Below are positions 33,984 through 46,791 of a stretch of DNA of 64,000 bases, piece after piece. The DNA is taken from positions 224,001-288,000 of the forward strand of contig CAWFOM010000001.1 of assembly GCA_963817385.1 (NCBI GenBank), read 5' to 3'. The notes under the pieces are model-generated. The model worked only from the letters and a program-made list of their open reading frames with translations. It was not told the origin of the DNA and did not search any database. The stretch's first letter is position 1, and every line of letters begins with the position of its first letter. Origin of the DNA: an uncultured delta proteobacterium (GTDB lineage Bacteria > Desulfobacterota > Syntrophia > Syntrophales > UBA5619). The translations under genes and the position numbers were made by a program.

Positions 33984-34046
33984 GTCATGCCGGACTCGAT
34001 CCGGCATCCGGTTCTTTCTCGTCATTCCCGCGAAGGCGGGAATCCA
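33984..34046. repeat. Two tandem GTCAT-type REP-like hairpins
   Basis: GTCATGCCGGACTCGATCCGGCATCC and GTCATTCCCGCGAAGGCGGGAATCCA. Confidence 0.75.
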
Positions 34047-34052
34047 CTCATT

Positions 34053-34922
34053 TCATTGCCGCCCAAGAAGCTGAAATCTTCCTGAATCAATCAAACCTTT
34101 CATGGATTCCACGAAAGCCCCGGGGGCGGCGTAGTCCGGCTGGTTCCGAATCAGCATGGCTGCCCGCGCCATTTGGTCCAGTTCCTTCAAGAGATCCTCT
34201 GACTGGCTGTTCCGCCGGGAATGGCAGGGATGGGTGGCAAAAAGCAGGCTCTTCGGATCAATGTGCTTTTTCTTTATATGAAGAGCCGCCTGTGTCTCGC
34301 AGTGGCAGGGGTTCTTCGGATCGACGAGACCGCATCTCTTGACGAGGAAATCCATGAGCTGTTGTTTCCCGCGGGAAAGCCGCTGGCGGTAAGCCGCCGG
34401 TGTCAGGCCAAGGATTCCGGCGCCTTCCGTACTTTTGACGCCGAAGATCTCTCCCAGGATAACCGCCAGACGGGCCTCCCGCTTCAGACAGAGAAGCAGG
34501 TAATTAACACAGGCGAGTTTTATCTCTTCCACCATGAGGTTCTGCTCAGCCTCGATGAAGGCACCATTTGCATTGTCCAGCACCCCTTCCTCAATCGCAT
34601 GCACGCACTTATCGAAGGTCATCTGCCAGCGCTCAGCCCTGCATTTGCGCGTGGTCAGTAAATGGTTGGAGGCGATGCTATAGACCCAGGTTTCGAAGCG
34701 GCTTTCCCCTTTAAAGGTGCCGAGATGGGTGATGACCTTCACCAGGATCTCCTGGCTGGCGTCTTCCGCATCGGCGGGAATGAAGAGCATCCGGAGCGCC
34801 AGCCCGTAAATCTTGTCCTGGATCCTGCGGATGATCTCTTCGAGCACATCCTTGTTGCCCATTTTGGCCCGCTCGACCAGATCCTCTATTGTTGTTTCGA
34901 CGGCTTTTAATCTTGCTGGCAT
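34053..34922 (-). CDS. ECF RNA polymerase sigma factor with Cys-containing C-terminal extension
   Basis: DAEDASQE, FETWVYSIASN (sigma2), RQRLSRG (sigma4), then CGLVDPKNPCHC. Confidence 0.88.
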   Translation of the reverse strand: MPARLKAVETTIEDLVERAKMGNKDVLEEIIRRIQDKIYGLALRMLFIPADAEDASQEILVKVITHLGTFKGESRFETWVYSIASNHLLTTRKCRAERWQMTFDKCVHAIEEGVLDNANGAFIEAEQNLMVEEIKLACVNYLLLCLKREARLAVILGEIFGVKSTEGAGILGLTPAAYRQRLSRGKQQLMDFLVKRCGLVDPKNPCHCETQAALHIKKKHIDPKSLLFATHPCHSRRNSQSEDLLKELDQMARAAMLIRNQPDYAAPGAFVESMKGLIDSGRFQLLGRQ

Positions 34923-35065
34923 CTGCTCCACCTTTCTCTTGTTAGACAATTTTGGATACTGATGTGTGACAGAAAACATGAAAGCCGGGTTTTGTGCAAG
35001 TGTCGTCTCAGTACCGAGACGGAAGGGTTTCTTAGAGATTTGATGCTCGAATGCAATATCCGGCA

Positions 35066-36043
35066 TTACACCGGCTCTTCGAGCGGCAGCGGTACATCCT
35101 TCTCATCAATGAGCCGCGATTCAGGCGAGACGGCGCTCCATCGTCCGACTATACTCGGGAGCTTTTTCTCGTCCATGGACAAGTCAAACCAATGGTTTCC
35201 AAGTCGCGTGAATGCCCTTAATCGTACATCCGTGTCGTAATAGACCGGTCCTTTCAACCATACATCGAGTCGCTGACATGAACTTGCGGGTGCAGAAATT
35301 CGCGCCAGGCATTGACCGATCACCGATTGCGGATGATTGAGCGATGCCTTGAAACCCAGCAGTCGTGCGTACCAATTCTGCCAGTGGATGCCGTTATAAT
35401 CTCCGGTCAGGCCGGCGAATCGCCAGCCAACTCCACTTGGCATGCGCCAGCGGGACGTTTCCGGCCACTCACCCGACAACGGTTTTGCCAGCGGCGAGGC
35501 CGTCTGCACAGGACCGTAGTGTCCCCGGTAGTAGAATGTCGTAAGCCCCTCCCAGACATGTTCATCCAGAGATGAAAGAGTCGAATGCAGGTCCACCTCG
35601 ATACCCTTGGCGAGTATTCGCTGTCCGGCCACCCTGGTCTCGAGATTCAGCACCTCGTGTTCCGAGAACTGCCGGTGCAGGATCATATGGTTTCGTATCT
35701 GCAGCGTGCCCCAAATAGGAAGCGGAAAAGCCCGGTGCGTAAGCAGAGACATCTGGAGCGGGAACCCGAACACGTGCGGATAGAGCAGCGATACCGCCGG
35801 TGAATGGAGCAATGATATCCCGGTGCCTGCAGGCAGTCCGGTCATACTGATGAACGACTGGAGGTGGTGCGTGTCAACCCGCAGCTTTTGCCATCGCTCG
35901 ACGATCCGAGGAACTGCGCCGCCCTCCCGCAGCCCGGGCGACGGCAGAAAGGCTCTAGCCATGTAAGCGGCAACGGACGGGCGGCTCTCGAATTCTTCGA
36001 TAACGTCATTCTGTACAGCATTCCCGACAGCTTCCTTGTTCAT
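35066..36043 (-). CDS. MaoC-like (double hot-dog) acyl dehydratase
   Basis: YPHVFGFPLQ, FAGLTGDYNGIH, ARLLGFK motifs. Confidence 0.75.
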   Translation of the reverse strand: MNKEAVGNAVQNDVIEEFESRPSVAAYMARAFLPSPGLREGGAVPRIVERWQKLRVDTHHLQSFISMTGLPAGTGISLLHSPAVSLLYPHVFGFPLQMSLLTHRAFPLPIWGTLQIRNHMILHRQFSEHEVLNLETRVAGQRILAKGIEVDLHSTLSSLDEHVWEGLTTFYYRGHYGPVQTASPLAKPLSGEWPETSRWRMPSGVGWRFAGLTGDYNGIHWQNWYARLLGFKASLNHPQSVIGQCLARISAPASSCQRLDVWLKGPVYYDTDVRLRAFTRLGNHWFDLSMDEKKLPSIVGRWSAVSPESRLIDEKDVPLPLEEPV

Positions 36044-36097
36044 GTACCCATCCTTCCTGTCTTATAAAAAACCGAAAAACATGTAGAGTATATTTCA

Positions 36098-37138
36098 TCA
36101 TTCACCGGCCTTTGCTTCAAGGGCAAGCTTCAGCATTTCCTCCGCGATCTTGTTCACAGCGGGTCCTGAAGTGGCTGAGTTCGATAATACCACAGCCCCC
36201 AGCTTGTGTTCAGGAAGGATGATCAGCATCCCGTGATAATTGATGGTCGCGCCCGCATGGTGAGCGACCGTGCCGGCATTCTTAATATCAATGCTCCCGA
36301 GGCCGCTCAGTTGCCAGCCGAGTCCTACCCGATAATCCAGGTCCAGGGGCACATTTTCCGCTTGAGGACGAAGCATCTCCGCAAGTGTTTCAGGTTTGAT
36401 GACCAGCTTTCCTCCTGCCCTGCCTCCGGCAAAGACCATTTGCGACAGCGCTGCGACATCCGCAAGCAGGTTCGATTGCCGCTTGATCATTCCGGTATGA
36501 TTTCGCCGCCAGCGACGATCGATCTTGATCCGTTGCGAATGTGGAGTTCGTCATGTTCAGCGGTTGCAGCACGTTCTCCGACATATAGGCGCCGAATCCT
36601 TCCCGGAAACCTCCGCCACGGTAGCCCGAGGATGGTCATGCCGAGATTGGAGTAGGCGAAACCGTATTGGGCGGGTTCGCCGCGTACTCATCTTTATCTT
36701 TTCACCCCCGCGTCCCCCGTATAATGGCAGTGTAGGTGCCAAAGAGCACGATGTAGAGCATGAACATCGGCATTAAATTCACTGCAGATAGTTCGAATCG
36801 CTTGTCGAGTCGAAATCACCTGCTCAACAAGCTGCATCGCTGCCAGTGTCGTGAAGAGTTTTGATATGGATCCCACGCGGTAGATGGTATTCGGTGCAGC
36901 GGAGATTTTGTTCTCCTGCCGCGAAACCGACAGCTCCCGCCAGAACAGCTGCTGGGCATAACGGGACCATCAGGATGTCCGTCGTTCGGGCTCGCAGCGG
37001 ATTCACCAATAAGCTCAGGTGATGTATTCTTTCGTGTAGGAGTAGTCCTTCAGCGCCAATGTTTCCGGCTTCTTTGGCATCGTCGAGCAACCGGCGAACA
37101 CGATAACGACGAAAGTAATGACACCTGCTCGTTTCCAT
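36098..37138 (-). pseudogene. Serine hydrolase (beta-lactamase family) pseudogene
   Basis: GSISKLFTTLAAMQLVEQ (SxxK), LQPLNMTNS and HAGAT fragments in many frames with apparent deletions. Confidence 0.75.
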
Positions 37139-37173
37139 TTCATTGCATCCATGTATCCGCTATCCTTTTTTCA

Positions 37174-37953
37174 TCAATCACGACGCTTTATTCCTTCCCA
37201 CAAAACCCGCGCCAACTGCGGGGCAATCGAAGCATAGTCGATCGCATTGGGGCTGCGAAGCCAGGCCAGCACCAAACCGTCCAGGACAGCGATCCAGATG
37301 ACGGCAAGCGCCCGGGTATCGATGCTTGGGTCAAGAAAGCCGTCTTTCTGCATCTTGGCGAGCAGCGCTGCCCCGGAATTCAGCAAGACTGATGACAATT
37401 CATGCAGCTTTTTCGTAATGTCCTTGTCCTGCCCTTGGAGAACATATGAGAGATAAATCTTCTGCCAGTCCGGATCGAACATGGCAAATGAGATCTGATT
37501 GGACAGCATTGTCGCAATTCCCGGAAGAGGATCGGCCGATTGGACGGCAGAATACGCATATTTAGGATATTCACTGAGACGATACGCCAGTCGTTTTTCC
37601 AGGATCGCAAGGAAGAGTTCTTTCTTGTTCTCAAAATGCCAATACACCGATCCTTTGGTAAGACCGGCTTCTGCAGCAATCCGGTCGATGGTAGCGGCCG
37701 CATACCCCAGCCGGGCAATCGTCTTATATGCAGCCGTAAGGATCCTATCCCGGCTCTTTTCGGTCGCGTCATCCGGAACAGGCCGCTTTTTGCCAATGAG
37801 TTTGTCGAATTTCTCCTTTCCACCAATGCGCCGATAAATGGTTTGTCTGCTGATTCCGGCGATGCGAGCAACTTCGCTCATGGACACCTTCCCGGATGAA
37901 TCGGCTTTTATGATCTGCTTAGCGGCATCTTTTATTTTTCTCTTTATATCCAA
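37174..37953 (-). CDS. TetR/AcrR regulator with two HTH domains
   Basis: SMSEVARIAGISRQTIYRR and ATIDRIAAEAGLTKGSVYWHFENKKEL; probable TTG start after GAGG. Confidence 0.85.
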   Translation of the reverse strand: MDIKRKIKDAAKQIIKADSSGKVSMSEVARIAGISRQTIYRRIGGKEKFDKLIGKKRPVPDDATEKSRDRILTAAYKTIARLGYAAATIDRIAAEAGLTKGSVYWHFENKKELFLAILEKRLAYRLSEYPKYAYSAVQSADPLPGIATMLSNQISFAMFDPDWQKIYLSYVLQGQDKDITKKLHELSSVLLNSGAALLAKMQKDGFLDPSIDTRALAVIWIAVLDGLVLAWLRSPNAIDYASIAPQLARVLWEGIKRRD

Positions 37954-37959
37954 TCTGGA

Positions 37960-38005
37960 CCTCAGTGTTACAAACATACCGTATGGTATGCTTGTAACAC
38001 TGAGG
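37960..38005. promoter_or_regulatory. 46-bp near-perfect inverted repeat (candidate TetR operator)
   Basis: 21-bp arms, 20/21 matching, 4-nt spacer, overlapping the RBS. Confidence 0.7.
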
Positions 38006-38122
38006 CCTGTCAAAGTCAATACAAAATCTTTTCACTGAGCTTATTTCATCGGCGTCTACTTCTCTGCCGCTGGCGCCAATGCAATTGCCCCGAGTCTGAT
38101 CCGCTGATTTCGCTACCGGGCA

Positions 38123-38500
38123 TTAGGCCAACGATATGGCGACACCCGGATTCACCTTCAGAATGTTATGTACTTTGCAGTTCTCCACAAACTTCAGTAA
38201 TTCTTCCGCTTGCTGATCGGTCAGCACAACATCCTTCAGGTTTATGAGAACGTCGATTTTATCCAACTGAGTCTTGTCAGGTTTAACTTTCGCTTCTGAA
38301 TTGATAGTAAACCCCCGGTGCGAAATATGATGTTCGAGCAAGTAATCTCTGACATAATGACCCAGGCAGCCGCACAGGCTGGCGAGCAGCGTATCAATCG
38401 GATTAGCGCCGTTGCCTTCGGTATCCAGCACGAACCCAGCATGCCGTGTGCTTGCGTAGTACCTTGAATCCCCTCTGTTTTCAATCGATGCCTTGTACAT
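38123..38500 (-). CDS. OsmC family protein
   Basis: GANPIDTLLASLCGC and C-terminal CKVHNIL; GGAGG RBS. Confidence 0.85.
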   Translation of the reverse strand: MYKASIENRGDSRYYASTRHAGFVLDTEGNGANPIDTLLASLCGCLGHYVRDYLLEHHISHRGFTINSEAKVKPDKTQLDKIDVLINLKDVVLTDQQAEELLKFVENCKVHNILKVNPGVAISLA

Positions 38501-38816
38501 AACTCCTCCTGTCTGTGTGATTTTGAAAATGTCGTTTAACCTGACTTTCCGCATTAAGACAAATCTGCCCAACGGTAACGGCCACGATTCCACACCCTGT
38601 TTTGTATTACGACCGCGCCGTCCCGTGCGGTGCATTGGTAGCGAATATAGATCCATCCCTGATATCTGCCAAGACGTAGTGGCGCAGATTTGTCATGGTA
38701 ACAATTAAGGTCGAACACAGACTGTTACTGTCGATTTATTGTGTAAACTGTACTTGGCTCACCGGCCGGATTGAGGTAAAGTAGATTTGACCTTTATGAG
38801 TTTTCGGGAGGCAACT

Positions 38817-40256
38817 ATGCTGCTCTATGAAGAGATTTCCAGCAGAATCAACAAGATGATCAGCAAGGGGACTTACCGTCCCGGTGAGCGGATACCGTCC
38901 ATCCGGGTCCTGAGCCGACAGATGCGGGTCAGCGTCAACACCGTCATGGAGGCCTATTCCCGCTTAGAAAACCTGGGGATGATCGAAGCTCGCCCCCAGT
39001 CGGGATACTATGTTTGCACCCAGCTTGCGGAACCGGCCGGCCGTCCCGCTTCAGGGAAAAAGGCGGCGGATATTACCCCCATTCCGGTAACGCTGGGGGA
39101 TGTCGCTCTGGATGTCATTCGCAACATAGCCAATCCCTCGCTCATCCCCCTGGGGGGAGGGATACCCAATACCGACCTGTTGCCGGTCGACAAGCTGAAC
39201 CGCATGCTGGCAACCGAGTCGAGGCGTTTTCGTCTTCAAAGCATAGCCTATCCTCCTCATCAGGGGCACAAGCGGCTGCGCACGCAGATAGCTCGGCGTT
39301 CGCTCAACGCCGGCTGCTCACTGGCACCGGATGATATCGTCATCACTTCGGGGTGCATAGAGGCGATGAACCTGGCGCTCCAGGCTGTCTGCCGCCCCGG
39401 CGACACCGTGGCCATCGGCTCTCCGGTCTATCCCACTTTTCTCAAATCGATCCAGTGGATGGGGCTCAATGTGCTGGAGATCCCCTCCAACGGCGAAGGG
39501 ATGAACCTCGACGTTCTTGCTTACGCCATCAGGCACAACCCGGTCAGCGCCTGCATCACCATAGCCAACTTCAACAACCCCCTGGGAACTCTCATGCCCG
39601 AAGGCAGCAAGCGGGAACTGGTAAAGCTTCTGGCGAAACAGGATATCCCCCTGATCGAGGACGATGTATACGGCGATCTGGCCTACGGACCCAGCAGCCC
39701 TCCATCGACCAAGGCCTTCGACGAAAAGGGGCTCGTGCTCTACTGCTCCTCCTTCTCAAAAACACTTGCCCCCGGTTACCGGGTCGGCTGGATCGTACCC
39801 GGCAGATTCAAGGAAAAAGTGGCACAGCTGAAGGTCGTCTTCAATATAGCCACGGCCTCCCCGAACCAGCTCGCCATTGCCGAGTTCCTGACCAACGGCG
39901 GTTACGATCATCATCTGCGGACGCTTCGCCGGCTTTACTCCCGGCAGACACACCAACTGCGGAATGCAATCGGTCGCTATTTCCCGCCGGGAACAAGGGT
40001 TTCCCGTCCCGAAGGGGGTTATATCCTCTGGGTCGAACTGCCGGACGGGTACAATGCATTCCGGTTATATGAATTGGCCCTGCAGGAAGGGATCAGCATC
40101 GCACCGGGAAGGATCTTCACGCTGGGCGATAAATATGGAAACTGCCTCCGCCTCAACGCCGCCTTCTGGTCGGAGCGAACGGAACAGGCTCTGGAAACCC
40201 TGGGCGGGTTGGCGGAAAAGCTAACTTTAGAGAAGGCCGATTCACCTTCCCGGTGA
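38817..40256 (+). CDS. MocR/GntR family PLP-dependent regulator
   Basis: wHTH (PSIR..VSVNTV..AY) plus aminotransferase domain NNPLG, IEDDVY, SFSKTLAPGYRVGW. Confidence 0.93.
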   Translation: MLLYEEISSRINKMISKGTYRPGERIPSIRVLSRQMRVSVNTVMEAYSRLENLGMIEARPQSGYYVCTQLAEPAGRPASGKKAADITPIPVTLGDVALDVIRNIANPSLIPLGGGIPNTDLLPVDKLNRMLATESRRFRLQSIAYPPHQGHKRLRTQIARRSLNAGCSLAPDDIVITSGCIEAMNLALQAVCRPGDTVAIGSPVYPTFLKSIQWMGLNVLEIPSNGEGMNLDVLAYAIRHNPVSACITIANFNNPLGTLMPEGSKRELVKLLAKQDIPLIEDDVYGDLAYGPSSPPSTKAFDEKGLVLYCSSFSKTLAPGYRVGWIVPGRFKEKVAQLKVVFNIATASPNQLAIAEFLTNGGYDHHLRTLRRLYSRQTHQLRNAIGRYFPPGTRVSRPEGGYILWVELPDGYNAFRLYELALQEGISIAPGRIFTLGDKYGNCLRLNAAFWSERTEQALETLGGLAEKLTLEKADSPSR

Positions 40257-40325
40257 CCCATCTTTTTTCTAACTTTTTCCTTGACTCGTCTATCGCTTCA
40301 CACTTTAGATTTTTTCGTCACGGCC

Positions 40326-41271
40326 ATGACACAAAAAAACGAAATGAGAAAAGTCATACCGGCGATCATCTTCTTCCTTTTCATGTTCGTGCCCCTGGCA
40401 AGCGCCGGCAACGGAGCGCTCCGGCTGGAAAATGACCACTTTGTTATCCGCTATACCACGGGGGACGATGGGCTCGCTGCGGAGCTGATACGCGACTCTC
40501 CCCGGATCCGGGAGAGGGTCATCGCCGATATCGGGGTAGATTTCGCTGAAAAGACGGAGATCCGTCTCTCGCCGACCATCGAGGCTTTTCAGGAGGCCCA
40601 GCCGGGCGGGACGTGGATCCCCCTCTGGGCCATGGGGGTTGCCTATCCCGAGCAGAACGTCATCGTCCTGCTTTCGCCGCGGGCAGTCAAGGGAAGCCGG
40701 ATGAACGTGGTTGAGGTCTTCGCCCATGAGTTCAGCCACATCGCCCTGGGGCGCGCCCTCACGGGTGTGAAGGTGCCGGTCTGGCTGAACGAGGGGTTCG
40801 CAATCTACGAGGCGCGGGAGTGGACCTTTTCGCGAATCTCCGTCCTGACGAGAGCCTCTCTCACGAACCGGCTGATTCCCCTGCGCGGTCCTTACCCTGT
40901 CGTTTCCCGCGGAGGAAGAACCCGCCGAGCTTGCTTATGCGGAGAGTTTCATGTTCATCTCCTTCCTGATCAACAAGGTGGGCCGGGAGGCTTTCCACCT
41001 GCTGATCCGGGATTACACCCGTTATGGGGATCTGGCGGGGGCGCTCCGGCGGGGGACGGGAATGAACCTTGCTGATCTTGAAGAACGGTGGCTGGTCTAT
41101 CTGAAGCTCCGCGTTTCGTGGATCCCGATCATCACGAGTGTCTCGACGCTCTGGTTCGTTGCGGCGCTTATCTTCGCTTACGGGTATGCCAGGAAGAAAC
41201 GGCAGGTTAACCGGCGTCTGAAAGAGATGGAGGCGGAAGAGGAATCCGAAGAGTGGCATCCAAACGGCTGA
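40326..41271 (+). CDS. Peptidase MA-like metallohydrolase with C-terminal TM (frameshift near 40885)
   Basis: Signal peptide, HEFSH, PVWLNEGFA; continues in ORF 40951..41271. Confidence 0.8.
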
Positions 41272-41636
41272 TTACGACAGATCTTGTCCTGATCTTTCTC
41301 GGAACGATCCTGCTTACCGAGTACTGACTCTCAATGCGTTGCCGCAGCGAGGATCCAGGTGGCAAGCGACCGCACATAAATTTAGCGTTACTTAAATTTA
41401 ATCAAGATCAACCTTGCTGATAGCAAATACCAAGATGATATCCAGCTTTCCGGCGCGGATTATTTAACCATGTTCACGTTTGACTTATCCCAGACTTATG
41501 TGTAAATTGCGCGAGTAATTCCCGATTGTTCAAACCGACCGACAGCCATCGACGGTTGGTTGATTTAGGTCATTAGGCGCTTGGCCGCACGTCTCCCCGG
41601 AAAAAGCCGGACCAGCGTTGCCATTCAGGGACCCGA

Positions 41637-45222
<3,586 letters not shown>

Positions 45223-45253
45223 ATGTCGCCCTAAAAAATATGCTAAGAAAGGC

Positions 45254-45286
45254 TTGACAACCGTATATGGAGTATCATAATGATAC
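45254..45286 (+). promoter_or_regulatory. Promoter and palindromic operator of the TAC module
   Basis: TTGACA-16 nt-CATAAT overlapped by GTATCAT-A-ATGATAC. Confidence 0.6.
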
Positions 45287-45621
45287 CAAAAGTGAAGGAA
45301 AAGCGTAAACCCCATTATGTGCTCAGCTTCTTGAAGGAGCTTTTTCGCAGCGAAAAAACGCGGCATATCACTGGTCTTGCTCATAAAGGGGCTGTAGCCA
45401 TGGGCTACATGGATGATGACGATATGTTTACCGTCATCGGCAAGCTCTGTTCAGAGCATTTTTATAAGTCTATGACTATGTATGAAAATCATAAAGTCTG
45501 GCAGGATGTTTACCGATACCAGGATGGTGAGAAGGCTTTATATATCAAGCTGCAATTGTCCGTTGATGGGCAAAAGGCCATCTTGATTCAGATGAAAAGA
45601 GACGAAGGGAGAGATGAATAG
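45280..45621 (+). CDS. mqsR: MqsR-family toxin (mRNA interferase)
   Basis: EKRKPHY, FYKSMT...WQDVY, LYIKL motifs. Confidence 0.88.
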   Translation: MIPKVKEKRKPHYVLSFLKELFRSEKTRHITGLAHKGAVAMGYMDDDDMFTVIGKLCSEHFYKSMTMYENHKVWQDVYRYQDGEKALYIKLQLSVDGQKAILIQMKRDEGRDE

Positions 45622-46156
45622 AATGGAAGCGCAGAAATGTCCTATCTGTGACGCCGGCAAGCTGAAAAAGAAAATTGGGACGGAAACCTTTGAATACAAA
45701 GGGCAGAGCTTAACGATTCCGAATTACGTTACCTATGTGTGTGCCGAATGCGGAGAGGCTATCGTTGACAATGCGACCCTGAAAGAGTCCGGAAAAAAGT
45801 TGAAAGATTTTCGGCGTGAGATTGATGGTCTGCTCACCGGGCCGCAGATCAAGGCCATCCGCGTAAAGTTAGGGCTGACGCAGGAACAGTTGGCCGATAT
45901 CGTCGGCGGTGGCTTGAAAAGTTTAGCACGGTATGAATCCGGGCAGGTATGCCAGAGCAAGGGAATGGATAACCTGCTCCGCATACTGGATGCGTATCCG
46001 CATACGCTGAAAGTCATTCAAAAAAGCGGTAAAAAGGCGGAATATTCTGCAAAGGTCATCTATTTCGGGGACGCAAAAGCAAGAAAGGATTATCAAACCG
46101 GCAACGGCGATGCAGGTTATTCTTCAGATTCAAAGGAGGCGGCATATGGATCATAA
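45614..46156 (+). CDS. mqsA: MqsA-family antitoxin with C-terminal extension (ChAD-like)
   Basis: CPIC...CAECGE zinc finger, HTH LTQEQLADIVGGG..SLARYE, plus a ~45-aa polar/aromatic tail. Confidence 0.88.
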   Translation: MNRMEAQKCPICDAGKLKKKIGTETFEYKGQSLTIPNYVTYVCAECGEAIVDNATLKESGKKLKDFRREIDGLLTGPQIKAIRVKLGLTQEQLADIVGGGLKSLARYESGQVCQSKGMDNLLRILDAYPHTLKVIQKSGKKAEYSAKVIYFGDAKARKDYQTGNGDAGYSSDSKEAAYGS

Positions 46157-46592
46157 ATTCAGTATCGCCGGTATTCGTCTCAATGAAGCCCATTTTGCAA
46201 TAAATCAAGGCTACAAGAGAGAAAAGAACAAGCCGATTGAGATCATCCATTCTGTCGAAATTGGGTATAAGCAGACTGAAAAGACTTTACACGTGCTTGT
46301 CTCGATTTCGTCTGACGCCGAGAATCAGCCTTTCCGTTTTTCCGTTGCCTGGGAGGGCTCATTTGCTTTCGAAGAAATGCCCCCCAAAGAAAAATTGGAT
46401 CGTATCATCCATATCAATTGTGCGTCGATTATCTATCCGTACGTACGTGAGTCCATTGCCGACCTCACGAGGCGTGCCGGCAGGATGCCCCTGAACCTCG
46501 CGCCTTTCAATTTTGTTGCAATGTACGAAGAAGGTCAGAAAAAGGAATCTCCGAAAGTGCCTCGGAAGACCCGTAAAAAAAGCAAGGCATAA
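46146..46592 (+). CDS. SecB-like chaperone
   Basis: INCASIIYPYVRESIADLTRRAG..PLNLAPFNF matches the SecB signature. Confidence 0.87.
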   Translation: MDHKFSIAGIRLNEAHFAINQGYKREKNKPIEIIHSVEIGYKQTEKTLHVLVSISSDAENQPFRFSVAWEGSFAFEEMPPKEKLDRIIHINCASIIYPYVRESIADLTRRAGRMPLNLAPFNFVAMYEEGQKKESPKVPRKTRKKSKA

Positions 46593-46791
46593 CTATGGGC
46601 AGGAATAGAAAACTGACCGAAGTCGCCCTGCCGCTTGACGCCATCAACAAAGCCTCGGCGCGCAAATCTTCTGATAATCTTCCGATGTTTTGCCGTAATC
46701 TTCCGATTTCGTCGCCTGCTAAAGTCCTTCGGAATCATCCGGCATTCATCCGGTGCGCCGGAATAATCATCCGAAACGCCTTGGAGTTGAC

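Noticed and set aside
46670..46780. Possible mini-CRISPR array
   Set aside because: Repeats are only 8-12 bp, irregularly spaced, with no spacer-length intervals and no cas genes.
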